Source: an uncultured Candidatus Poseidoniales archaeon (lineage in GTDB: Archaea > Thermoplasmatota > Poseidoniia > Poseidoniales > Thalassarchaeaceae). From it: a stretch of 64,000 nucleotides of DNA. Shown in pieces: positions 17,255-25,731 of this stretch; position 1 is the stretch's first letter; each line of letters begins with the position of its first letter. Location: assembly GCA_963990035.1 (NCBI GenBank), contig CAXDMJ010000003.1, positions 2,974 to 66,973 on the forward strand, read 5' to 3'. The position numbers and the translations under genes are program-made. The notes beneath the pieces are model-generated. The model was not told where the DNA came from. It saw nothing but the letters and a program-made list of their open reading frames with translations, and made no database searches.

Positions 17255-17987
17255 TTTGTGTCACCGTTTTTTCTATACTCCATGTTAATACTTCAACTCC
17301 TTTACTAACATGTACAAGATCTGGCTTCAACGTATTTTTAATTCCCAATTCATAAAATTCAGTTAATGAATTATCTTTTATTGTCACTTTAGCATCCCTA
17401 TATTCCCATGGTTCATGGCAGGTATATGCTCGGTGTATTTCACCCCTATAGCTCACATAAAGGCAATATCTCTCAAATAAAAATTCTTCTAAACTTCCTT
17501 TTTTCGCTTTGAGGATAGAGCCATTAGCAATTGATTCACCTTCTATTCCAATCCCATTTTCGGATCTTTTTGATTTCCAATAATACCTGTCACTATTGCT
17601 AACTTCCATAATACATTTCGCATATTTATATGGCAATCCATATGCTAATGGTGCATATGTGCAAGTAATCCAACTTTGTGCATCAAGTGTCAGAAAAAAA
17701 ACGCCACTTTTACCGTTTTTAGTGACATATGTTCTTACATTAAATTCAGGGAAATTTGAGATATAAGATATAGCTGGGATATTTCGCGGCCTTACTTTTT
17801 CCATACTAAAAGGAATAGTACCAACATATGCTTTTCCATTAAATAAATCCAACTCTAGATCTTTAGGGATATGTTTTTGTAGAAGTTTTGGTTCAATTTC
17901 CCAATGCATAAATGTAAGATTAGACCAATTCTGTTTCAATGCATATTTTCTTTCAGGCATTGGGAAAGGTAAATGCCCTGTTTTCAT
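17244..17987 (-). CDS. DUF2071 (YqjF-like) family protein
   Basis: LKQNWSNLTFMHWEIEPKLLQKHIPKDLELDLFNGKAYVGTIPF resembles the DUF2071 N-terminal signature. Confidence 0.55.
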   Translation of the reverse strand: MKTGHLPFPMPERKYALKQNWSNLTFMHWEIEPKLLQKHIPKDLELDLFNGKAYVGTIPFSMEKVRPRNIPAISYISNFPEFNVRTYVTKNGKSGVFFLTLDAQSWITCTYAPLAYGLPYKYAKCIMEVSNSDRYYWKSKRSENGIGIEGESIANGSILKAKKGSLEEFLFERYCLYVSYRGEIHRAYTCHEPWEYRDAKVTIKDNSLTEFYELGIKNTLKPDLVHVSKGVEVLTWSIEKTVTQNDY

Positions 17988-17993
17988 AAGATA

Positions 17994-18503
17994 TCACTTT
18001 TTCATCCATATCGAATATGTTGTTTCGTATTCGTTTGCAGAATCTTTTGGAACTTTCTCAATTATTTTTTCATCCCAATCATTCCAATTAAGATTTGGGA
18101 AACTTATATCTCCACTCTCAGATGTATGGACTTTTGTCAAATGTATTTCATCGATTCTATCTTGATACATATCATAAATCTGTGCACCACCTATAATCCA
18201 ACACTCCTCACAACCGTTCGCATAAGCGATTTCTATAGCTCTTCCAGGATAAAGTGCACATTCTGCATTTTCATCTTTCCAATTTGTATCTCTTGACATG
18301 ACAATATTCAATCTTTCAGGTAATGGCCTATATTTTTCCGGCAATGAATCCCAAGTTTTTCTTCCCATTATTACTGCATTAAAACCATCTGCAATAGTTA
18401 AATTTCTAAACCTCGCCATATCTATGGGTAATCTCCAAGGTAGTTGACCATTTTTTCCAATGAATTTCTGATTATCCATTGCAACAATCATTTTTATTTT
18501 CAT
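17994..18503 (-). CDS. folA: dihydrofolate reductase
   Basis: MIVAMDNQKFIGKNGQLPWRLPIDMARFRNLT...VIMGRKTWDSLPEKYRPLPERLNIVMSR is the canonical FolA motif set. Confidence 0.9.
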   Translation of the reverse strand: MKIKMIVAMDNQKFIGKNGQLPWRLPIDMARFRNLTIADGFNAVIMGRKTWDSLPEKYRPLPERLNIVMSRDTNWKDENAECALYPGRAIEIAYANGCEECWIIGGAQIYDMYQDRIDEIHLTKVHTSESGDISFPNLNWNDWDEKIIEKVPKDSANEYETTYSIWMKK

Positions 18504-18512
18504 TAGAATACC

Positions 18513-19307
18513 TCATATAGAAATTGGTGCGGAAATATGTGGATGGTGCTCATAATCAATAATCTCAATATGATCTGCTGTAAAATCATCAATGTCTCGA
18601 ATACTAGGGTCTAATACTAATGTTGGAAGCTTAAGAGGTGTACGTGAGACCTGAAGTTTTGCTTGTTCAAGGTGATTATTGTAAAGGTGGCAATCCCCAC
18701 CAGTCCATATGAATTCACCCGGTTCAAGTTCACAAACTTGTGCCATCATGTAAGTAAGCAGACTATAGGATGAAATATTGAAAGGCACTCCTAGGAAAAC
18801 ATCTGCACTTCTTTGATATAATTGGCATGATAATTTCCCATTACGGACATAAAATTGAAAGAATGCATGGCAAGGCATGAGCGCCATTTTGTCTAATTCC
18901 CCCACATTCCATGCTGAAACTATAATTCTCCTAGATTCAGGATTTGTTTTTATTAGTTCAATGGCATTTTTTATTTGATCAATTACTTCTCCTTCATTAG
19001 AGACCCATTTCCTCCATTGTTTTCCATAAACTGGCCCTAAATCGCCATTTTCATCTGCCCATTCATTCCATATCCTTACTTTATTCTCTTGTAAATAACT
19101 GACATTAGTATCTCCCGATAATATCCATAATAATTCATGGATAACGCTCGGCCAATGTACTTTCTTTGTTGTTATTGCAGGGAAATCTTTGGATAAATCA
19201 AAGCGCATTTGGTGACCGAATATTGATTTTGTTCCAGTTCCAGTTCTATCACCCTTCTCACCTCCTTCATCTAGAATTCGCCGTAAAAAATCTAGGTACT
19301 GTTCCAT
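18513..19307 (-). CDS. thyA: thymidylate synthase (ThyA type)
   Basis: [32 protein letters not shown] (catalytic Cys) and [19 protein letters not shown]. 264 aa, bacterial/eukaryal ThyA type. Confidence 0.95.
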   Translation of the reverse strand: MEQYLDFLRRILDEGGEKGDRTGTGTKSIFGHQMRFDLSKDFPAITTKKVHWPSVIHELLWILSGDTNVSYLQENKVRIWNEWADENGDLGPVYGKQWRKWVSNEGEVIDQIKNAIELIKTNPESRRIIVSAWNVGELDKMALMPCHAFFQFYVRNGKLSCQLYQRSADVFLGVPFNISSYSLLTYMMAQVCELEPGEFIWTGGDCHLYNNHLEQAKLQVSRTPLKLPTLVLDPSIRDIDDFTADHIEIIDYEHHPHISAPISI

Positions 19308-19361
19308 AGTGATGTTAGCGGTTTAGACGACAGTCTTTGAATGATACTCTCCTTAAGTCAC

Positions 19362-20132
19362 TTAAGGTGCGCCATTAAGCCGTAAAGTTTCAATGATTTG
19401 ATCTGTTAAATTTCTAAATATTTCTTTCATTTGACTCATTTTTTCTTCTTCATTTCTGAGTAATAATTGATTTATTTTTTCATTATTCAGATTTCCACCT
19501 GAGGGACTTGATGCCCATTCAGCGAATGTTATTGGTGTTCCGATAAAAATATCTATTCTCTTCCATGGTCTAACAACTAGACTACCTGGTTTCATGAATC
19601 CTCTTGCTCCAGTTATCGATAGTGGTACTATTGATGAGTTAGGGAATCGTGCAGCTAATCTTGCTACTCCAGTTTTTCCTTTTTGTAAATATGGCGGACT
19701 ATCATTTCTTGATCTTGTTCCCTCAGGGAAAATTCCTATTGCAGCCCCTGAATTCAATACATCCACTGCTCTAGATAATGCGTGCTTAGCTCCATTGTCT
19801 CTAACTGTTTCAATTTGTCCGGTACTTTTCATCAAGAGTTTTGTTGCTTGTGATTCAAAATGTTCTTGTTTGGCAAGATAATGAACCGGTCTTCTAGCTG
19901 CAATTATTTTTAAGAACGGGTCAACATGAGATGTATGATTCGCAACGAATATCATTGATTTTTTATCTGGAATTCTTTCGAGTCCATGATAATGGATATT
20001 CGTTAAAGCTCTGAAAGGAGCCGGTAAAATAAATAACAAGAATTTATACATGAATGGTGTAGAAAAATCATTCCCAGTACCTGACAAATCAACTAACTCA
20101 GATATGGAATTTAAACTACTATCTGATAGCAT
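19362..20132 (-). CDS. plsC: 1-acyl-sn-glycerol-3-phosphate acyltransferase family protein (PlsC-like)
   Basis: Acyltransferase motif I NHTSHVDP (HX4D) and motif III FPEGTRS. Confidence 0.75.
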   Translation of the reverse strand: MLSDSSLNSISELVDLSGTGNDFSTPFMYKFLLFILPAPFRALTNIHYHGLERIPDKKSMIFVANHTSHVDPFLKIIAARRPVHYLAKQEHFESQATKLLMKSTGQIETVRDNGAKHALSRAVDVLNSGAAIGIFPEGTRSRNDSPPYLQKGKTGVARLAARFPNSSIVPLSITGARGFMKPGSLVVRPWKRIDIFIGTPITFAEWASSPSGGNLNNEKINQLLLRNEEEKMSQMKEIFRNLTDQIIETLRLNGAP

Positions 20133-20218
20133 GATACATCTATCGCGGTCACACTTTACCCTTATTGCTTTCCATTAGGCTCACAAGGGTTCATTGCATA
20201 TTTCCTATTCGGAGAGAC

Positions 20219-21310
20219 ATGGAGATACGGAATAAGGGTCTAATTTTACTTCTAATATTTATCACTCCTTTACTGTCTCCTGCAGTAGCTGCGGAATGGG
20301 ATGATGATAATTGGTTATGGAATTTAATTGGTCCTGAGAGGCTGGATCATGGTGATGAATTCGCTTGCCATGGATATGAGGGCAAGGATATAAATAATGA
20401 TAATTCTATTATTGAATTATGTAAAGAGTATATCACTGAGCATACTAATTCATCTAGATGGGGTGCCGAACCAATTTCTTTTGGTGTACCAGATATTATT
20501 GATAATTCAACACTTTCTTCTCTAAAAGAATCAGGATTTATTATTTTAGGTGATAATTTACAGACTGAAGCTAATGATATGTTTGTAATTCAAAGAAATG
20601 GCGGCAGTCTAGAAAAAAATTCTGCAAATATTAGTTTGCTCGATTCAGCAGATAGAGATTCTTTAGTATCAATTTATTGGGAAGCCCGAATTTTTGATCT
20701 CAAAGTTAGGGAAGATAAGGATGCTATTGAATTTTTGGAGAATCAAGATGTATGGTATACTACTTGGGGTGAGTGGTATAATCATGGACTTTCTAGTTCA
20801 TTAATTAATATTGATAGTTCAGACAATTCATTAACTGTTAGTTTAGATAAATCTCTAGGTTCAGAATGGATAGTTCCTGGCAGTATAATGATACAAACAT
20901 CATCCTCATTATTTTCTATCACAGGTTCGAGTGGAAATTCTTATCCACTACTGGAATCTGATACCAAGACTCTTCAAGAAGGTTGGAGAAATATTGATGA
21001 TGGTTTATTGTTGACAATTACTCCTGGTGATGAAATCACAATTGTATTTGATGAAAATCCTAATTTTTCATATTCTCCTCTTCAAACATTTAATGGTTTA
21101 CATCATAGTGTTACCATTGTTGGCCATCATGTTACTAATCTTCATGAGTGGGCTTCTGATTTCTATGGCTCACCATTACTTTTTACTTGGCTAATAGAAA
21201 GGCCCTCGGCATTAGAAATGGATTGGAGATTACCTATTATTGCCATAAGCGTACTCATTGCAACTCCTTTGTCAATTAGGTGGCTGGTACGTAGAGATCA
21301 AGATAAGTGA
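20219..21310 (+). CDS. hypothetical secreted protein with C-terminal TM anchor
   Basis: ATG at 20219 gives the signal-like MEIRNKGLILLLIFITPLLSPAVAAEW. C-terminal helix LPIIAISVLIATPLSI followed by RWLVRRDQDK. Confidence 0.55.
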   Translation: MEIRNKGLILLLIFITPLLSPAVAAEWDDDNWLWNLIGPERLDHGDEFACHGYEGKDINNDNSIIELCKEYITEHTNSSRWGAEPISFGVPDIIDNSTLSSLKESGFIILGDNLQTEANDMFVIQRNGGSLEKNSANISLLDSADRDSLVSIYWEARIFDLKVREDKDAIEFLENQDVWYTTWGEWYNHGLSSSLINIDSSDNSLTVSLDKSLGSEWIVPGSIMIQTSSSLFSITGSSGNSYPLLESDTKTLQEGWRNIDDGLLLTITPGDEITIVFDENPNFSYSPLQTFNGLHHSVTIVGHHVTNLHEWASDFYGSPLLFTWLIERPSALEMDWRLPIIAISVLIATPLSIRWLVRRDQDK

Positions 21311-21316
21311 TTTTTA

Positions 21317-22372
21317 TTATAATTTGATATCTGGTCCCTCAACTATAACTCCTTCATCACGTAGATTCTGTAATACATTAAATATTGCTTCATTAGATAG
21401 ACTTTCAGGAGGGTAAACTCCTATTGATATGAATTCTTCATCCATTAACCACTGTTTTATGCATGAATATGTTACTAATCCAGTAGTTCTAGCCATTGAT
21501 GAATCTCCATTCCTTCCTTCATCATAAATAGTCCAAGACATTTTTTCTCCATTATTACATTCTACTTTAATTTCCATCCATGTAAATTCTTCACGTTTGT
21601 CGTCAAACTTCCATTTTTTTATTAACTCCTCAATATCTAATATGCCAGCTTCTCTTTCTTCAATGAATTTTTGGATGTGTCCTGGCCATCTAACAGTATA
21701 TTCATTCATATCATTGGCAGGTATTGTGTAAAGTAGACTTCTCAATCCATCAGTAAGGAATGCTTCCATAACTCCCCTTTGTTTAACATTGATTTTATGT
21801 ATTTCAGATAAAGCAGGTAAGGTGCAAATATTTCTATCTTTGATAATTCTTGCTGGGCGAGTATATTCTGCAATCACATCATTTGGAGAAAATGGTGCCA
21901 TATAACTCCATTTTTCATCTGTTTGAATAGGGTTACCTCCTACTCTGATTTCTGCATTATTTATACCATCCCCCATTCTTGCTGCATATGAAACTAACAT
22001 ATTTGAAAATCCAGGTGCAATACCAACATCCCAGAGGACTTTCGCTCCAGTATCAACGGCAGTATTATGCAAAACTTCAGGTGTCTCTTCACTAAAACTT
22101 AGATCTACAACTTTTTTCCCTTTGGATACCAGTAATTTTGTAACTTTATGTCCCAAATTCCCTGGTAGCATGTTAATGAATAAGTCATCCTTATGCTTTA
22201 TTTCTTGGCAATATTTGTACGCGTCCGTAATGTGTATGTTTACTAGTTCATGTTCAAATGGATATTTTTTACTTTCGATATCAACAATATTTATTTTTCT
22301 TCCTTCAGATACTAATTTTTTGATAACAAAAGAGCCAACAAGTCCCGAACCTAAGCAGTGTATAGTAGTCAT
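21317..22372 (-). CDS. saccharopine dehydrogenase-like NAD(P)-binding oxidoreductase
   Basis: N-terminal Rossmann IHCLGSGLVGSFVIKKL. Overall size and WDVGIAPGFSNML pattern are typical of the saccharopine/lysine dehydrogenase family. Confidence 0.5.
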   Translation of the reverse strand: MTTIHCLGSGLVGSFVIKKLVSEGRKINIVDIESKKYPFEHELVNIHITDAYKYCQEIKHKDDLFINMLPGNLGHKVTKLLVSKGKKVVDLSFSEETPEVLHNTAVDTGAKVLWDVGIAPGFSNMLVSYAARMGDGINNAEIRVGGNPIQTDEKWSYMAPFSPNDVIAEYTRPARIIKDRNICTLPALSEIHKINVKQRGVMEAFLTDGLRSLLYTIPANDMNEYTVRWPGHIQKFIEEREAGILDIEELIKKWKFDDKREEFTWMEIKVECNNGEKMSWTIYDEGRNGDSSMARTTGLVTYSCIKQWLMDEEFISIGVYPPESLSNEAIFNVLQNLRDEGVIVEGPDIKL

Positions 22373-22470
22373 ATTCTCATTCCTCGGCTATGGTTACTGT
22401 CCATAGTAGTTGGGCATATTCGTAATGTTTTATGCGTAGCCTTGATTGAGGGCTTTGCACTCGAAGACAT

Positions 22471-23853
22471 ATGGTTGGTGAGTCTCGGATAGATCCATGG
22501 TCTTCTCAACAGTCAACTGATTATGCAAGAATTAGAGATAATTTCGGTTTAAGTGAAATTGAAATTTCTAAAATACCTAACCCTAATCAATTACATCGTA
22601 GAGGCATTGTTTTCGCACACAGAGATTTAGATGTTATTTTGAATTCCATACATAGAGGAGATGAATTTGGAGTATTAACAGGACTAATGCCTAGTGGGAA
22701 AATGCATCTTGGCCATAGTATGGTAATTAATCAAGTTAAATGGTTTCAAGATCATGGTGGAGATATTACTGTAACTGTGGCTGATTTAGAATCTTTAGCA
22801 ACACGTGGTACATCTTTGGAAGAAGGTCGTAAAATAGCTTTGTCAGAGTATATTCATAATTATGCCGCACTAGGTCTTGACCCTGATAAAACTAATGTGT
22901 ATTTTCAAAGTATGAGGCCAGATGTCCAACGTCTTGGTTTTACATTAGGTAAAAAGACGAATCTTTCCGAATTTGAGGCAATATATGGTTTCTCAGGTGA
23001 TACAAATCTTGCTCATGTCCAAGCACCTCTTATTCAAGCAGGTGACATTTTACATCCGCAATTAGATGAATATGGTGGCTTAAGGCCGATTGTAGTGCCT
23101 GTTGGTGTTGATCAAGACCCTCATATTAGACTCACACGAGGATTGGCTGGTAAAACAAATTGGTTTAATCTTAAGGAAAGGAAAAGTGGTGGTTTAACAA
23201 TAGGATTATCTATTCAAGATGAAAATAAAATTCAAATGGGTGTTTCAGAATCTGGTGGGGTCAACCGGCAAGTACGGGCATCAATTTTTGAGAAACTTAA
23301 AACATCCTTATCTAAACTTGGATTTGCGGATATTTTAGCTAATCCTAAGCATGGTACGATAGAGATACCTGGAGCTACAATTGGAGATAAATCTCGAATT
23401 AAACTTTCTTTACTCTCTCTTGAAAGAGAGATGGGAGGAATTGGATTAATGCCTCCCAGTTCTACATATCATCGTTTTGCGGTTGGCATGACGGGTGATA
23501 AAATGTCATCATCTAAGCCTGAAACTACAATATTTATGAGCGATACAATCGAAGAGATGTCAAAGAAAGTAAAGCGTGCATATAGCGGTGGCCAGGCTAC
23601 AATAGAGGAGCATAGAAGGTTAGGGGGAGATTTATCAAAAGATGTTGCTTATCAGTATCTTCAATTCTTTTTTGAGGAGAGTGATAGTGAGTTATCTTCT
23701 ATTGGTAGAGATTATGAATCAGGTAGGTTATTGGCTGGCGAGATAAAACAAATCTGTATTGATAAGGCTGCTGAATGGTTAACTGAACTCTCAGATAAAA
23801 GAGATCAATGGGCAGATCGAATCGATGATTTCCTTGCCCCAGATTCGAGATAG
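22471..23853 (+). CDS. trpS: tryptophan--tRNA ligase (archaeal/eukaryal type) with a ~100-aa internal insertion
   Basis: IDPWSS...DYARIRDNFG N-terminus, HIGH motif SGKMHLGHS, VGVDQDPHIRLTRG and KMSKS-type KMSSSKP. Confidence 0.8.
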   Translation: MVGESRIDPWSSQQSTDYARIRDNFGLSEIEISKIPNPNQLHRRGIVFAHRDLDVILNSIHRGDEFGVLTGLMPSGKMHLGHSMVINQVKWFQDHGGDITVTVADLESLATRGTSLEEGRKIALSEYIHNYAALGLDPDKTNVYFQSMRPDVQRLGFTLGKKTNLSEFEAIYGFSGDTNLAHVQAPLIQAGDILHPQLDEYGGLRPIVVPVGVDQDPHIRLTRGLAGKTNWFNLKERKSGGLTIGLSIQDENKIQMGVSESGGVNRQVRASIFEKLKTSLSKLGFADILANPKHGTIEIPGATIGDKSRIKLSLLSLEREMGGIGLMPPSSTYHRFAVGMTGDKMSSSKPETTIFMSDTIEEMSKKVKRAYSGGQATIEEHRRLGGDLSKDVAYQYLQFFFEESDSELSSIGRDYESGRLLAGEIKQICIDKAAEWLTELSDKRDQWADRIDDFLAPDSR

Positions 23854-24450
23854 TTATCCTATATCTTCCGAACTAAATACTGGAATTAATGGTCCAACCT
23901 CTAATTCTTCTAATTCTTTTTCAGTCAATTCTCTAGGTATTGCTTTTTCATGTAATATTTGACTATGTCCCATCGGATCTAATAACGTAATATTCACGCA
24001 CAAATCGCCATTTTTAACAAATCGAATTTTTTCCATTAATTTCTCACACTTTTCAATTATATCAATTTCATTAGATGATTTAGATTGTCTATACATTAAT
24101 TGAATAGCATCTTCGAACCTATTCAACACTCCTTCAATATTAGATACATATCCAGTAGTAGCTCCTCCAGGTTCTACTTCCAGACCTAAATCTTCTATTT
24201 TGACAGTGCATGACGATGACCTAATTATTCTGACAGTGAGCATATTTGCATTATCAATATCTAAACTCCAGGCACCTGGTTTTTTCCCTTCTGCTGGTAT
24301 GAAATCGGTATGTCTCCAACCACATGATGGGCACAGAATAGTTAATTGAGTGTGTTCACCAAAATATGGTATTTCCGAAGTATGAGCGATCATAGTTAGC
24401 CCTTTATCTGAAAAACAAATAGGGCAGGGCTGTTCAACTGTACTCTCCAT
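23854..24450 (-). CDS. ZPR1-type zinc-finger domain protein
   Basis: CPICFS...(x~25)...CPSCGW four-Cys knuckle followed by a beta-rich domain. About 200 aa, as in archaeal ZPR1 homologues. Confidence 0.65.
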   Translation of the reverse strand: MESTVEQPCPICFSDKGLTMIAHTSEIPYFGEHTQLTILCPSCGWRHTDFIPAEGKKPGAWSLDIDNANMLTVRIIRSSSCTVKIEDLGLEVEPGGATTGYVSNIEGVLNRFEDAIQLMYRQSKSSNEIDIIEKCEKLMEKIRFVKNGDLCVNITLLDPMGHSQILHEKAIPRELTEKELEELEVGPLIPVFSSEDIG

Positions 24451-24459
24451 AAGACGCCC

Positions 24460-24864
24460 TCATCTAGGATTTATATCAGCCTTTTTAGTGCCAAAACTTG
24501 GAGGTAATAGTAGTAATCGATTATGACCTAGTCCAAAAACGGTCCCTTTCATTTCATTTTCTACAAATTTTTGTAACTTTGAGACCGCCATTTGAAGTTC
24601 TATATCGCGATTAATCATTCCACTCATTTCTACAATCGTAATATCTCCTTCAGATATCCAATTCATGATTTCCTTTAGACCTGTAATATCTTCAAGGGTT
24701 GCTCTATGAATTATTGTATCACCTAGGTGCATAGGAACAGGTGCTTGAGGGTACCTTTCCCCTAAGTCGTGATAATCTTGTTCAGCCTCTATTGAATTGT
24801 TACCATAGTTAGGTAAACTAGGCATTTCAATCCATTTTGGCTCACTACTTTCTTCTTTCACCAC
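24460..24864 (-). CDS. sepF: cell division protein SepF-like
   Basis: C-terminal domain IHRATLEDITGLKEIMNWISEGDITIVEMSGMINRDIELQMAVSKLQKFVENEMKGTVFGLGHNRLLLLPPS follows the SepF pattern. GTG start. Confidence 0.65.
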   Translation of the reverse strand: MVKEESSEPKWIEMPSLPNYGNNSIEAEQDYHDLGERYPQAPVPMHLGDTIIHRATLEDITGLKEIMNWISEGDITIVEMSGMINRDIELQMAVSKLQKFVENEMKGTVFGLGHNRLLLLPPSFGTKKADINPR

Positions 24865-25014
24865 GATAACGCGTCAGGGAGGTGTTCTTTGACTTATCTA
24901 GTGATATATTCTCTCATAGTGTATTTTATCTACATATCAATAAATTTCATACCTCTTATCCGTTGCATTGATAAAGGAGTTCATATTGATAGAAACGCTG
25001 AGGGACTTCTCCCT

Positions 25015-25656
25015 ATGGCGGTGATTAAAATGCACGCAACAACTGATGCAGTAAAGACTGGAACAAGCACAATCGGAATTACCTTTGATGGCGGAGTTGT
25101 TGTAGGTGCTGATCATAGAGCAACAATGGGTCATTTCATTGCAAATAAAAGTGTACAAAAAATGTTTAGACTATCAAATAATATTGCATTAACAACTGCT
25201 GGATTAGTTGGCCATGCTCAATCATTATCTAGAACTCTTGCAGCGGAATTAAAGTTATATGAACTGAAAGAGGGAACTGCTATGACTGTTAAGGGTGCAG
25301 CTACACTAACTGCTAATATCTTAGTTGGTCGACCTCATTATGTTCAACTATTAATCGTAGGAGTAGATTCATCCGGATCTAGTGTTTACAGTATTGATTC
25401 AGCAGGAGGTTCTATTCCTGATGTTTATTGTGCAACTGGTTCAGGTTCACCATATATGTATGGTGTTCTTGAAGACCAATACCGTGACGGTATGGATGAG
25501 AAATCTGCTTTAAAAGTTGCAGCTAAAGCCCTACTTGCCTCTGCACAAAGAGATGCTGCTAGTGGCAATGGGATGGATTTAGCAGTAATTACTGCAGAAA
25601 AAGGATTTCAACAATTACCTGGAGACCAGTTAGCAGCTCTCCTTTCTTCACTTTGA
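25015..25656 (+). CDS. psmB: proteasome subunit beta (with propeptide)
   Basis: Propeptide then TGTSTIGITFDGGVVVGADHRATMG with the catalytic Thr. ATG at 25015 is preferred to the TTG that opens the ORF at 24889. Confidence 0.9.
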   Translation: MAVIKMHATTDAVKTGTSTIGITFDGGVVVGADHRATMGHFIANKSVQKMFRLSNNIALTTAGLVGHAQSLSRTLAAELKLYELKEGTAMTVKGAATLTANILVGRPHYVQLLIVGVDSSGSSVYSIDSAGGSIPDVYCATGSGSPYMYGVLEDQYRDGMDEKSALKVAAKALLASAQRDAASGNGMDLAVITAEKGFQQLPGDQLAALLSSL

Positions 25657-25731
25657 TATTCACGTTGCATTGTGCACATCTCCGTTTTACGGAGTTCCCC
25701 CTATGTCGTGAATAACTTAGGTTGTTTTTTT

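Noticed and set aside
24889-25014. N-terminal extensions suggested by the ORF track for psmB (TTG 24889), aCPSF1 (GTG 25672), ccmE (50585), pyrD (49483), mdh (30346), tatC (35182) and the 49055-49546 ORF.
   Set aside because: The extended parts are hydrophobic or low-complexity, overlap neighbouring genes or promoters, and begin before the point where each family normally starts. Internal ATG starts were chosen instead.
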